From Candidatus Aminicenantales bacterium (GTDB taxonomy: Bacteria; Acidobacteriota; Aminicenantia; Aminicenantales; Saccharicenantaceae), in contig JBEKXF010000001.1 in assembly GCA_049512315.1 (NCBI GenBank), positions 137,340 to 201,339 of the forward strand: 64,000 nt of DNA, read 5' to 3'. The notes under the pieces were generated by a model. That model did no database searches, was not told the DNA's origin, and saw only the letters and a program-made list of their open reading frames with translations. Position numbers and translations under genes: made by a program. Shown piece after piece: positions 30,922-40,536 of this stretch (position 1 is the stretch's first letter; every line of letters starts with the position of its first letter).

Positions 30922-32196
30922 ATGAGCGAACAGGACAAGAAGAACCGCCTCCTCGACAAGAGCCCGAGCAGCAAGGAGATCGAGCTCGAGATCCCGTCCG
31001 AGGAGGTCGAGAGGGAATACGCCAAGGTCCTCTGCGACTACGCCGGCCGGGTCAAGCTCCCGGGCTTCCGGAAAGGGCATGCCCCCAAGGACATGGTCAG
31101 GAACCTTTTTGACCATGACATCCTCCATGACGTCTACGACGAGCTCATCCCCAAGGTCCTCGGCGAGGAGCTCAAGGCCCACAACCTGAATCCGGTCAAC
31201 GTCCCCGCGATCCATGACCTCCGCCACGAACACGGTCAGCCCCTGCGCTGCACGGTGGCCTTTGAGGTCCTGCCCGATTTCGATCTCCCCGATTACCGGA
31301 GCGTCCAGGTCCCGGAACACGCGGCCGCCGTCGACGAGGCCGAGCTCGAGAAGGCCCTGGAGCAGCTCCAGGCCAGGGCGGCGGAGTACATCTCGGTAGC
31401 GGGCAGGGGAGTGGCGGACGGGGATTATGTGGCGGCCGAGATCCACGGTAAGGACCTCAAGACCAAACGGTTCCTGCCTGTGGAGAAAGCCGTCGTCCTG
31501 GCCGGCCACTCTGATAACGAGCCGGCCCTGAACGAAGCCATCAAGGGCCAGAAGCCCGGGGAAGAGCGTGTTTTCCTGGTCTCCCACGGAAAGGACCATG
31601 CCAATAAGCGCGTGGCCGGGAGAGAGATCAAATACACCCTGAAGGTCAGCGAGATCAAGGAGAAGAAGATCCCGGAGCTCAACGACGAATTCGCCAAGGC
31701 CGCGGGCGACTATGCCGACCTCAACGACCTCAGGGAGAAGGTCCGCAAGGAGCTCTTGGAAGCCCGGGAGCGGGCCGGCCGGAACGCCACCGCCTCGGCC
31801 GTCCTCCGGGAGATCGCCAAGAAAGTGCCTCTGGAACTCCCCGAGTCCGTCGTCGAACATGAAACCCTGAGCGTCCTCAAGCGGATGCTGAACGCCGTCC
31901 GGCAGCCCCGGATCCCCGCCGACGCCCTGGAGGGGCTCAAGGCCCAGGCCAGAAACCAGGCCGGCGAGAACCTGACGAACCACCTCATCCTGGAAAAGAT
32001 CGCCCGCCAGGAGGGTTTCGAGGTTTCCGACGAGGAGATCCAGGCGGAGATCAAGACCCTAGCCCAGGCCAACGGGGTCCCCGAGAAGTACCTGGCGGAT
32101 ATGATCGCCAGGGAGAACCGCCGCGAGGAGATCCAGGAAACCCTGCTCTTCCGCAAAACAGTTGACTTTTTGGTGAAAAACGCTATAATTAAATGA
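30922..32196 (+). CDS. tig: Trigger factor
   Basis: N-terminal ribosome-binding region (GFRKGHAPK), a PPIase-like middle domain and a C-terminal arm. 424 aa. Confidence 0.9.
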   Translation: MSEQDKKNRLLDKSPSSKEIELEIPSEEVEREYAKVLCDYAGRVKLPGFRKGHAPKDMVRNLFDHDILHDVYDELIPKVLGEELKAHNLNPVNVPAIHDLRHEHGQPLRCTVAFEVLPDFDLPDYRSVQVPEHAAAVDEAELEKALEQLQARAAEYISVAGRGVADGDYVAAEIHGKDLKTKRFLPVEKAVVLAGHSDNEPALNEAIKGQKPGEERVFLVSHGKDHANKRVAGREIKYTLKVSEIKEKKIPELNDEFAKAAGDYADLNDLREKVRKELLEARERAGRNATASAVLREIAKKVPLELPESVVEHETLSVLKRMLNAVRQPRIPADALEGLKAQARNQAGENLTNHLILEKIARQEGFEVSDEEIQAEIKTLAQANGVPEKYLADMIARENRREEIQETLLFRKTVDFLVKNAIIK

Positions 32197-32324
32197 CTTG
32201 ATCGTTCATATGCTCAGATTTCCCTTGAGCTCAACAGATAAACAATAAAAGCGGGCTCCAATCTTATCTCCTGAGCCCCGCATCAGAGGCGGTCGGGGGT
32301 CCCTGCGGGCCCGGAGCGTAAATC

Positions 32325-34757
32325 ATGCAGGATTCCAGCGAGCATTCCGAGGTCCTCAGGAACATCCCTCTTATCCCCCTGAGAGACCTCGTGGTCTTTC
32401 CCGCGACCCTGGTGCCCTTCATCGTCGGGCGCTCCTCCTCCATTCAGGCCCTGGAAAAGGCCGCGGAAAAGGACAAGATGATCTTCCTCGCCGCCCAGAT
32501 GGACGCCTCGATCGACAATCCGACGGCCAAGGACATTTATTCGGTGGGAGTCACGGCCAAGATCATCCGGACCATCAAGTCCGACGAGAAGAACATGAAG
32601 GTCATCGTCGAGGGCAAGAGCCGGGCCCGGATCGTCGAATACCTCAGCACCTACCCTTATTACCAGATCCTGGCCAAGGTGATCAAGGAGGTGGACGAGC
32701 ACTTGCCGGAGTCCAAAGACCTCCTGAAAAGGGTGCTGGCCCTCTTCGAGGACTACCTCAAGCTCATCCAGAACGCCAACCTCGATTCGATCATCCCGGC
32801 CCTCAGGGAGAACACCCCTGACCGGATCACGGACATCATCGCGTCCCATGTCTACATGCCGCTTGAGGAGAAGCAGAACCTCCTCGAAACGGCCAACAGC
32901 CTCGAGCGGCTCCGCCGCCTGAACTACGTCCTGGAGAACGAGATCCTGAAGATTCACGCCTCCTACCAGAAGGACCCCCAGAGGGCCAACCGGCGGCGGG
33001 TGAGCCTGAAGGAACAGGGGCAGAAGGCCTTCCCGCCCGGGTCCCCCAATTTCCGGAAGGAAGACCAGCCGAACGAGATCGAGGAGCTCCGCCAGAAGGT
33101 CGTCAAAGCCAAGATGCCTCCGGACGCCGAGGAGAAATCCTACAAGGAGATCGAGCGCCTGGAGGCTATGCCCCCCATGTCGGCCGAGGCGACGGTCAGC
33201 CGGAATTACCTGGACTGGCTCATCTCCCTCCCCTGGGTCAAGAAATCCCGCGAGAAGCGGGAGCTCAAAGAGGCCGAGAGGATCCTCAACGAGGACCATC
33301 ACGGCCTGGAAAAGGTCAAGGAGCGCATCCTCGAGTACCTGTCCATCCGGCAGCTCGTCAAGAACCCGCGCGGGGTCATCCTGGGCTTCATCGGCCCCCC
33401 GGGAGTGGGCAAGAGCTCCCTGGGCAAGTCCATCGCCCGGGCGACCGGGCGGAAGTTCGTCCGCCTATCGCTCGGCGGGGTCCGGGACGAGGCCGAGATC
33501 CGGGGCCACCGCCGGACCTACATCGGCGCCTACCCTGGACGCATCATCCAGATGATCAAGCGGGCCGGGACGAAAAACCCCGTCTTCCTCCTCGACGAAG
33601 TCGACAAAATGAGCATGGATTTCCGCGGCGACCCGGCCTCGGCCCTAATGGAAGTTCTTGACCCTGAACAAAATGGCACCTTCCTGGACCATTACATCGA
33701 CACCGATTTCGACCTCTCCCAGGTCATGTTCATCGTCACGGCGAACATGCTCGACCCCATCCCGAGGCCCCTGCTCGACCGGATGGAGATCATCCGGCTC
33801 CCCGGCTATACGGAGGACGAAAAGCTCCAGATCGCCAAGCGCTTCCTCCTGCCCAAGCAGATGGGCGCCCACGGTCTGAGCCAGGTCAACCTGAAGATCT
33901 CCGACCAGTCCCTTCTCAAGCTCATCCGCAGCTACACCCGGGAGGCCGGCGTCCGGAGCCTGGAGCGGGAGATCACGACGATCTGCCGCAAAGTCGTAAA
34001 GCGGGTCGTCCAGAAAGGCAAGGACCATTCCGAGAAGGTCACGCCCAGGAACCTGGAGTCTTTCCTCGGAGTCCCCAAGTTCCGGCGCTCCGAATTCGAC
34101 ACGAGGGACGAGGTGGGCGTATCGACCGGGATGGCCTGGACGGAGTTCGGCGGCGAACTCCTGAGGTTCGAGGCCAACAAGATCCACGGCAAGGGGAACT
34201 TCACCCTGACCGGACAGCTGGGCGAGATCATGCAGGAGTCGGCCCAGGCGGCCTTCAGCTTTGTCCGCGGCAAGATCTACGAGCTCGATATCGCTCGGGA
34301 CCTCCATCGCAACTTCGACATCCACGTCCACGTCCCGGAGGGCTCGACCCCCAAGGAAGGCCCTTCAGCGGGCATCACCATCGCCACGGCCATCATCTCC
34401 CTCCTGACCGATATCCCGGCGAGCAAGAAGGTGGCCATGAGCGGGGAGATCACCCTGAAAGGCAAGGTCCTGCCCGTGGGCGGGATCAAGGAAAAGCTCC
34501 TCGCGGCCTACCGGGAAGGGATCCGGGAGGCCGTCCTGCCTTTGGACAACAAGCCCGACCTGAAGGACCTGCCGAAAGTCCTGAGGCTGCATATGGTCAT
34601 CCACCTCGTCGAGACGATGGACGAGGTCCTCAAGATCGCCCTGACCAGGGAGCTTCCCCAAAAGCCCGAAAGCCCAGAGGCGAAAGCCGCCGAGGCTGAA
34701 CGGAAAGCCCGGGCAGGGGAGGAGGAGGCGCCCAAGGAGCCGCCCCTGACGAACTGA
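32325..34757 (+). CDS. lon: ATP-dependent Lon protease
   Basis: LON N-domain, AAA+ module (GPPGVGKSS), and a protease domain with catalytic S (PKEGPSAG) and K. Confidence 0.95.
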   Translation: MQDSSEHSEVLRNIPLIPLRDLVVFPATLVPFIVGRSSSIQALEKAAEKDKMIFLAAQMDASIDNPTAKDIYSVGVTAKIIRTIKSDEKNMKVIVEGKSRARIVEYLSTYPYYQILAKVIKEVDEHLPESKDLLKRVLALFEDYLKLIQNANLDSIIPALRENTPDRITDIIASHVYMPLEEKQNLLETANSLERLRRLNYVLENEILKIHASYQKDPQRANRRRVSLKEQGQKAFPPGSPNFRKEDQPNEIEELRQKVVKAKMPPDAEEKSYKEIERLEAMPPMSAEATVSRNYLDWLISLPWVKKSREKRELKEAERILNEDHHGLEKVKERILEYLSIRQLVKNPRGVILGFIGPPGVGKSSLGKSIARATGRKFVRLSLGGVRDEAEIRGHRRTYIGAYPGRIIQMIKRAGTKNPVFLLDEVDKMSMDFRGDPASALMEVLDPEQNGTFLDHYIDTDFDLSQVMFIVTANMLDPIPRPLLDRMEIIRLPGYTEDEKLQIAKRFLLPKQMGAHGLSQVNLKISDQSLLKLIRSYTREAGVRSLEREITTICRKVVKRVVQKGKDHSEKVTPRNLESFLGVPKFRRSEFDTRDEVGVSTGMAWTEFGGELLRFEANKIHGKGNFTLTGQLGEIMQESAQAAFSFVRGKIYELDIARDLHRNFDIHVHVPEGSTPKEGPSAGITIATAIISLLTDIPASKKVAMSGEITLKGKVLPVGGIKEKLLAAYREGIREAVLPLDNKPDLKDLPKVLRLHMVIHLVETMDEVLKIALTRELPQKPESPEAKAAEAERKARAGEEEAPKEPPLTN

Positions 34758-34841
34758 GCCCGAACGGGCTCCCACGATGAGCGGCGTTGCCGCCGGTCCG
34801 AGCCGAAAACCAATTAACTTGTTGTAAATAAATACTTTACA

Positions 34842-36134
34842 GTGAGGTCAATGATGAAAGAGTACAATCTGGTCGAGCTGGAGGAAAAAGAGCTCTCCGC
34901 CCTGAAGAAGCTCGCGGTCAGCATGGGGATCGAGGAGCCCGAAATCGAGGAAACCAGCAAGCACCAGCTGATCTTTAAGGTCCTCGAGGCCCAGGCCAAG
35001 AGGCAGGGAATGCTGTTCTCGGAAGGCGTTCTCGAGTGCCTCGAGGACGGCTTCGGGTTCCTGAGGGCCCCGGAGTTCAGCTACCTGCCGAGCCAGGACG
35101 ACATCTATGTTTCGCCTTCCCAGATCCGGAAATTCCAGCTCCGGACCGGGGACACGATCTCGGGCCACGTCCGGGCCCCGAAAAACGGGGAAAAATACTT
35201 CGCCCTGATCAAGATCGAGGCCGTCAACTTCATGCACCCGGACGTCATCATCGAGGAAAGGCGGAACGTCATCTTCGAAAGCCTGACGCCGCTCTATCCA
35301 TTCGAGATGATCAAGCTCCAGGACGGGAACCCGAAGAACATGAACGCCCGGGTCATGGAGCTCCTGACGCCCATCGGCAAAGGCCAGCGCGGGCTCATCG
35401 TGTCGCCGCCGAGGGCCGGCAAAACGACCATTCTCAAGACGATCGCCAAGTCCATCGAGAAAAACCACCCCGAGATCTTCCTGATCGTCCTCCTGGTTGC
35501 CGAGCGGCCGGAGGAAGTGACGGATTTCAAGAGGAGCGTCAACGGGGAGGTCGTCGCCTCGACGTTCGACGAGCCGCCGACCCGGAACGCCCAGGTCGCG
35601 AACATCGTCCTCGAGAAGGCCAAGAGGCTCGTCGAGATCAAGCGGGACGTCGTTATCCTGCTCGACTCGATCACCCGGCTGGCCAGGGCCCACAACGCGA
35701 TCGTCCCGCCCTCGGGGAAGGTCCTATCGGGCGGCATCGACGCCAACGCCCTTCACAAGCCGAAGAAGTTCTTCGGGTCGGCCCGCAAGGTCGAGGAAGG
35801 CGGGAGCCTGACCATCCTGGCCACGGCCCTGGTGGACACGGGAAGCCGGATGGACGAGGTTATTTTCGAGGAGTTCAAGGGGACGGGCAACATGGAGATC
35901 AACCTCGACCGGAGGCTCGTCGACAAGAGGGTTTTCCCGGCCATCGACATCAGCCGGTCCGGGACCCGGAAAGAGGAGCTCCTGATCGAGGAGGCGGACC
36001 TCAACCGGATCTGGGTCCTACGGAAGGTCCTCAGCCAGATGAACGAGGTCGAGGCCGTGGAACTCTTGATCGACAAGCTGAGCAAGACGAAGACCAACCA
36101 GGAGTTCATGAGCGCCATGAGCAAGGCCCTGTAA
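34842..36134 (+). CDS. rho: Transcription termination factor Rho
   Basis: N-terminal OB/RNA-binding region ([14 protein letters not shown]), Walker [11 protein letters not shown]-loop and R-loop. The start may instead be 34851 or 34854. Confidence 0.95.
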   Translation: MRSMMKEYNLVELEEKELSALKKLAVSMGIEEPEIEETSKHQLIFKVLEAQAKRQGMLFSEGVLECLEDGFGFLRAPEFSYLPSQDDIYVSPSQIRKFQLRTGDTISGHVRAPKNGEKYFALIKIEAVNFMHPDVIIEERRNVIFESLTPLYPFEMIKLQDGNPKNMNARVMELLTPIGKGQRGLIVSPPRAGKTTILKTIAKSIEKNHPEIFLIVLLVAERPEEVTDFKRSVNGEVVASTFDEPPTRNAQVANIVLEKAKRLVEIKRDVVILLDSITRLARAHNAIVPPSGKVLSGGIDANALHKPKKFFGSARKVEEGGSLTILATALVDTGSRMDEVIFEEFKGTGNMEINLDRRLVDKRVFPAIDISRSGTRKEELLIEEADLNRIWVLRKVLSQMNEVEAVELLIDKLSKTKTNQEFMSAMSKAL

Positions 36135-36156
36135 AAGAGCCAGAGACGGGGAACGA

Positions 36157-36192
36157 GGCCGGGCGGCCTAAGCCGCGCCGGCCTCTTTTTTT
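36157..36192 (+). terminator. Rho-independent terminator after rho
   Basis: GC-rich hairpin GGCCGGGCGGC-ctaa-GCCGCGCCGGCC followed by TCTTTTTTT. Confidence 0.65.
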
Positions 36193-36591
36193 GGCCAAAA
36201 AGCGATATAGACGCGGGCGTCGGAGTAGTTTTTGGGATCGCCTTGAAGAAGGATCGGTTCAGAAAGCGGACGATAATGGGAAAAGTCATGAAGCGGTTGC
36301 AAGGGACATTCTTTATAGAGGGGCAAAGAATTTCCACATTTGCACAAGGATTGGTCAGCGGGGATATTCACAGGCTGTGAAGAATTCTAAGTGAATGTAA
36401 TAGAAATAGATAAAGTGGGCTGGAATAATGAGTCGCATAAGGATTATTATGTCAACTAATATCAGGATCTGCCCAGAGGCAACAAATGGCCCGCCGATCG
36501 GCCGCTTTTCCCCATATGAAGGCTTGCGCGAGGGTTCCTTGGGGGGTGAGATTTGTAATGAAAAACCTTCCCGGAGCTGGACCTTACGACC

Positions 36592-37389
36592 TTACCCTTC
36601 TTTGGCTTTCAGTCTGCGGATGATGTCCTCGAGGACTTCGATAATCTCGCTTTGGGAAATAGATTGCTTCTTGAACTCCAGCCTAAGTCTGAACCTGTCC
36701 GTGTCTTCGGGGACGAAATTATAGACGTAATATTTGAGCTTTTTCAGCTTCCCCTTGAGGTGCTTAGAAAGGTCGCGGGTATCTTCTCGGGTCAGATGGC
36801 GCTCGGCGATCTCCTTGACGAGCTTGAGCATGTCTTCGTCGGTCTTCTGTTTGGCGATCTCGATGATCGTGCCCCGGCTGAATGCTCCGGAGGACTTGAT
36901 GATCTCCCGGACAGACGCCGGGATCCTCGAGATCGAGAGTATTTCGGTGATCGTCGAACGGGCTTTCCCGATCTTTTCGGAGACCTGTTGGTGGTTGTAC
37001 CCGTAAAGGTCGATCAGGGATTGGAGGCCGTCGGATTCCTCGAAGAGGTCAAGGTCTTTCCGCTGAAGGTTCTCGATCAGGGCGATCTCCATGGCCTCGT
37101 TTTCCTCGACGTCCATCTCGATGCACGGGATCTCCTTGAGCCCGATATTCCTCGAGGCCAGAAACCGCCGCTCGCCGGCGATGATCTCAAACCTGTTCCC
37201 TTTGGAGCGGACAAGGATGGGCTCGAGGACACCCTTGCTCCGGATGGATTCCATGAGCTCCTGGATGTTGCCGAGCTCGCTCCGGGCCTGATGGGGGTTC
37301 GGGTCGATATGCTCGAGCGGGATCATCCGGATGCGGGGTCCGAGCGACCTGGACGAAAGCAGGTCGACAAAGTGGCCATCATGCCTCAT
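36592..37389 (-). CDS. parB: Chromosome partitioning protein ParB
   Basis: ParB box (GERRFLASR), HTH and C-terminal dimerisation region. Start at MRHDGHF. The longer ORF-track N-terminus is Arg/Ser-rich, low-complexity, and overlaps parA. Confidence 0.85.
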   Translation of the reverse strand: MRHDGHFVDLLSSRSLGPRIRMIPLEHIDPNPHQARSELGNIQELMESIRSKGVLEPILVRSKGNRFEIIAGERRFLASRNIGLKEIPCIEMDVEENEAMEIALIENLQRKDLDLFEESDGLQSLIDLYGYNHQQVSEKIGKARSTITEILSISRIPASVREIIKSSGAFSRGTIIEIAKQKTDEDMLKLVKEIAERHLTREDTRDLSKHLKGKLKKLKYYVYNFVPEDTDRFRLRLEFKKQSISQSEIIEVLEDIIRRLKAKEG

Positions 37390-37417
37390 CGTGACGGTTT
37401 CAGGAAGACCGGATCGC

Positions 37418-38182
37418 TTAGCTTTTTGCACGTTCCAATATCTCCTCGGCGACTTTTCGGTATTGCTCCGCCCCGACGGATTCGGGAGCATATGTGAAGA
37501 TCGATTCCTTGTAGGCCGGGCTCTCTTCGAGCTTGACGCTCTTCGAGATAAATGTCTTGAAGACCTTCTTTCCGAAGACGCGGCGGATCCTCTGCACGAC
37601 ATCCCGCCCGAGGTTCGTCCTCCTGTCGTGAAGAGTGACCAGGACCCCGATGATCTTCAGGCCGGGGTTGGCGATCCGGCGGACTTTCTCGATGGTCTCT
37701 AGGAGGTCATCCGTGCCCTCGAGAGCCAGATATGAGGATTGGATCGGGATCAGGATGGCCGACGCGGCGACGAGGGCGTTCATGGTGATCAAGCCCAGGG
37801 TCGGCGGGGTGTCGATGAAGATGAACTGGTATTTGTGCTTGATGGATTCGAGGGCGTCCTTCAGGCGGAAATGAGCGTCGATCTCGCCGAGAAGGGATGG
37901 CTCCAGCTTGGCCATGGAGATCTTGGCCATCGCCATGTCCAGGCCAGGAACCGTTGAACGGACGATAATGTTATCCATCTTCTCGTGTTTGTTCATTAGG
38001 ACATCGTAGAGCGATTTTTCATAGCTCGACGGGTCGGCCACGGTCGAGATCGTGCTGTGGGCCTGAGGGTCCATGTCTATGAGGAGGACCTTCTTCCCCA
38101 TCAAAGCCAGGGCAGATGAAATGTTGATGGATGTCGTGGTTTTCCCTACGCCGCCTTTCTGGTTCGTGATAGCGATGATCAA
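37418..38182 (-). CDS. parA: Chromosome partitioning ATPase ParA/Soj
   Basis: Deviant Walker A NQKGGVGKTT. Putative TTG start giving (M)IIAITNQKGG, preceded by GGAGGGAGAG at a 6-nt spacing. A GTG two codons upstream is an alternative. Confidence 0.8.
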   Translation of the reverse strand: MIIAITNQKGGVGKTTTSINISSALALMGKKVLLIDMDPQAHSTISTVADPSSYEKSLYDVLMNKHEKMDNIIVRSTVPGLDMAMAKISMAKLEPSLLGEIDAHFRLKDALESIKHKYQFIFIDTPPTLGLITMNALVAASAILIPIQSSYLALEGTDDLLETIEKVRRIANPGLKIIGVLVTLHDRRTNLGRDVVQRIRRVFGKKVFKTFISKSVKLEESPAYKESIFTYAPESVGAEQYRKVAEEILERAKS

Positions 38183-38222
38183 GAGCCTCTCTCCCTCCAC
38201 GACGGATTGAAACAAGATTACA

Positions 38223-38251
38223 TTTATAATAAAAGAGGACTTGGAATGCAA
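38223..38251 (-). promoter_or_regulatory. Candidate parAB promoter TTGCAT-N17-TATAAA (minus strand)
   Basis: Minus-strand -35 at 38251-38246 and -10 at 38228-38223, about 40 nt upstream of the parA TTG. Confidence 0.4.
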
Positions 38252-38275
38252 GCGAATTCTAGTTCTTGGACAGGA

Positions 38276-38297
38276 AAATGTCGGCACGCCGACATTT
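38276..38297. repeat. Perfect 10-2-10 inverted repeat AAATGTCGGC-AC-GCCGACATTT
   Basis: Exact reverse-complement arms. Lies about 25 nt upstream of the parAB -35 element. Confidence 0.6.
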
Positions 38298-38503
38298 ATT
38301 GTAAATATTTGAATATAAATGAGTAAAACAAATGTCCAGAATCCGGTCGGAAGTCTTGGTCCGGCCTTTTTGCGACCGGGCGAGGTCGCGGCTAAATAAC
38401 GGTAGAATTAGTGGTAGCTGACGGATTGGTTTCGTGGGCGGGGGTGAATTAGGAAAAGAAGAAAAACGTGGCTGAATAAGATCGGGCGTTTGGCGACGGT
38501 TGA

Positions 38504-38519
38504 TTTGCCGAAATCGGCA
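38504..38519. repeat. Perfect 7-2-7 inverted repeat TTGCCGA-AA-TCGGCAA
   Basis: Exact reverse-complement arms within the AT-rich non-coding region. Confidence 0.5.
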
Positions 38520-39070
38520 AAGGCTGTCCGGCGTCGGTCGATGGTAGGGCTTGCTTCTGTCATGTGAAGACGGGCCGAAAAAAAGGCGGCTCAAGACCCG
38601 TGATATGAATTCAAAGGTGCGAAATCTCGATCAAACTGAGCCTGCCCTCCCCTCTTTTTAAAGCTGGTGATCTTGCGTCGGCATAACCGGGTTGCCCATT
38701 GCCCGTTAGGCTTGATAGGCGGATAGACAATCGAAAAGGGTAAGCCGGGGAGACGGCTCGATGACAATTCTATAAGGAATAGCGATTGCGTAAAATTAGA
38801 TTTCGAATGGAGGTGATGAATTAATAATCTCTTATCTAGCTGATAATAAATAATATACTAAGATGTCACACCGGCTGGACAAGAGAGTCAGGAGAGATAG
38901 CTCGGGAAGCTCAATGCGTCGTTCCGGAGGGAGGTTTGGGCGGACGTCAAGCACGGGTTGGCGTCCATGATGCCGCTCGGCGCCAAGGGCTGTCGCGTTT
39001 TTGCGGAGCTCGGAAAATATTCCTCACGCTTTATCCCGAAAATCCCGTACAATGAGGCCTGGCCGAGAGC

Positions 39071-40480
39071 ATGAGCCCGGAAACATCCGAACCAAAATTT
39101 CTCAGGCGGCTGAACCTCATGGACACGGCCTTCCTCGTCGTCGGTGCCGTCATCGGGTCGGGGATCTTCATGACGCCGGGCCTGATCGCCGCCGGCGTCC
39201 CCTCCCCCGGCCTCCTGCTCGTCGTTTGGCTGGCCGGAGGCCTGGTCACTCTCTGCGGGGCACTCTCCTTCGCCGAGCTCGGGGCGATGTACCCGCAGGC
39301 CGGGGGCCAGTACGTCTATCTCCGCGAAGCGTACGGACCTGGCGCCGCCTTCCTTTTCGGCTGGGGCTTTTTCGGGTTCATCATGTGTGGCGGCCTGGCG
39401 GCCCTGGCCGTCGGCTTCGCCGAATTCTTCGGCTCCTTCGTTCCCCGCCTGTCCACGGGGGTCGAGATCGCCCATTTTTCGGCCTTAGGTTTTTCCTATT
39501 CGCTATCGGCCGGGCAGCTGGTCGCCGCCGCCTCTATCGTCCTCTTGACCGTCATCAACTCGTTCGGGATCCGGGCGGGCGTCGCCGTCCAGAACCTCCT
39601 GACCGTCTTCCGGATCGGGGCGGTCGGGGCGCTCGTTGTCCTGGGGCTCGTTTTTGGGACCAAGTCGGGCGGGACGAACTTCCACCCGCTCTTCCCCGGA
39701 GGGTTGGAATTCCCCGGCCTCCTGAAACCGCTCGGCCTGGCCCTGGTCGCGGTTTTCTGGACCTATGACGGCTGGTATTCCGTCAACTGCACAGCCGAAG
39801 AGATCCGGGACCCGGAGAAAAATATTCCCCGGGGGCTGGCCCTCGGCGTCGCCGGGGTCACGGTCTTATATGTCTCGGTCAATCTCGTCTACCTTCTGGC
39901 CCTTCCGCTGGAGAAGCTGAAGGGGGTCGTGCGGGTCGGGGAACTCGTCACGACGGCCCTTTTCGGCGGCGGCGCGGGAGCGGCGATCGCGGCCGTGATC
40001 ATGGTCTCGGTCTTCGGCTGCCTGAACGCCAACCTGCTTTTCGGGCCGCGGGTCTATTACGCCATGGCCAAGGACGGGAGCTTTTTCCGGTCCATGGCCC
40101 GCCTCAGCCCGCGCACCAGAGTCCCGACGCGCGCCCTCTGGGGCCAGGCCGCCTGGTCCGCCGTGCTCTGCCTGTCGGGGACCTACCAGGCCCTGTACGA
40201 GTACATGGTCTTCGCCCTGCTCGTCTTCTTCGCGGCGACGGGCCTGGCCGTCATTGTCCTCCGCCGCCGGCGACCCGAAGCCAGCCGCCCCTACCGGACG
40301 TGGGGATATCCTATTATTCCTATGATATTTGTAGTAATTTGCCTGGCGATCTTCATCAACATTCTCCTTGCCCAACCCCTGAAGTCCGCAGCGGGCCTGG
40401 CCCTGCTCGGGGCCGGCCTGCCGGCCTTTCTGATCTGGCGGAGGCGCCGTCCGGCGGATGGCGGGAACCTCAAAAAATGA
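39071..40480 (+). CDS. APC-superfamily amino acid/amine permease
   Basis: 469 aa with 12 predicted TM helices. The N-terminal FLVVGAVIGSGIFMTPG motif is typical of APC transporters. Confidence 0.8.
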   Translation: MSPETSEPKFLRRLNLMDTAFLVVGAVIGSGIFMTPGLIAAGVPSPGLLLVVWLAGGLVTLCGALSFAELGAMYPQAGGQYVYLREAYGPGAAFLFGWGFFGFIMCGGLAALAVGFAEFFGSFVPRLSTGVEIAHFSALGFSYSLSAGQLVAAASIVLLTVINSFGIRAGVAVQNLLTVFRIGAVGALVVLGLVFGTKSGGTNFHPLFPGGLEFPGLLKPLGLALVAVFWTYDGWYSVNCTAEEIRDPEKNIPRGLALGVAGVTVLYVSVNLVYLLALPLEKLKGVVRVGELVTTALFGGGAGAAIAAVIMVSVFGCLNANLLFGPRVYYAMAKDGSFFRSMARLSPRTRVPTRALWGQAAWSAVLCLSGTYQALYEYMVFALLVFFAATGLAVIVLRRRRPEASRPYRTWGYPIIPMIFVVICLAIFINILLAQPLKSAAGLALLGAGLPAFLIWRRRRPADGGNLKK

Positions 40481-40536
40481 TAGGCAAGGCCGGAGATTTG
40501 GTTTAAAATGAGGCTTCTCGTGGCTGGCTGCGGAAG

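Noticed and set aside
30736-31983. 415-aa minus-strand ORF overlapping tRNA-Leu and trigger factor
   Set aside because: Antisense shadow ORF in GC-rich DNA. It overlaps a confidently folded tRNA and a clearly homologous tig gene. The translation is low-complexity, rich in Gly, Leu and Asp.
36592-37602. Long 336-aa version of parB with Arg/Ser-rich N-terminal extension
   Set aside because: The extension overlaps the 3' end of parA and is low-complexity. A proper start (MRHDGHF) is present at 37389.
38183-39070. oriC / DnaA-box cluster, or parS, next to parAB
   Set aside because: No TTATCCACA-like 9-mers with at most one mismatch and no TGTTNCACGTGAAACA palindrome were seen by eye. The two inverted repeats present differ from parS.
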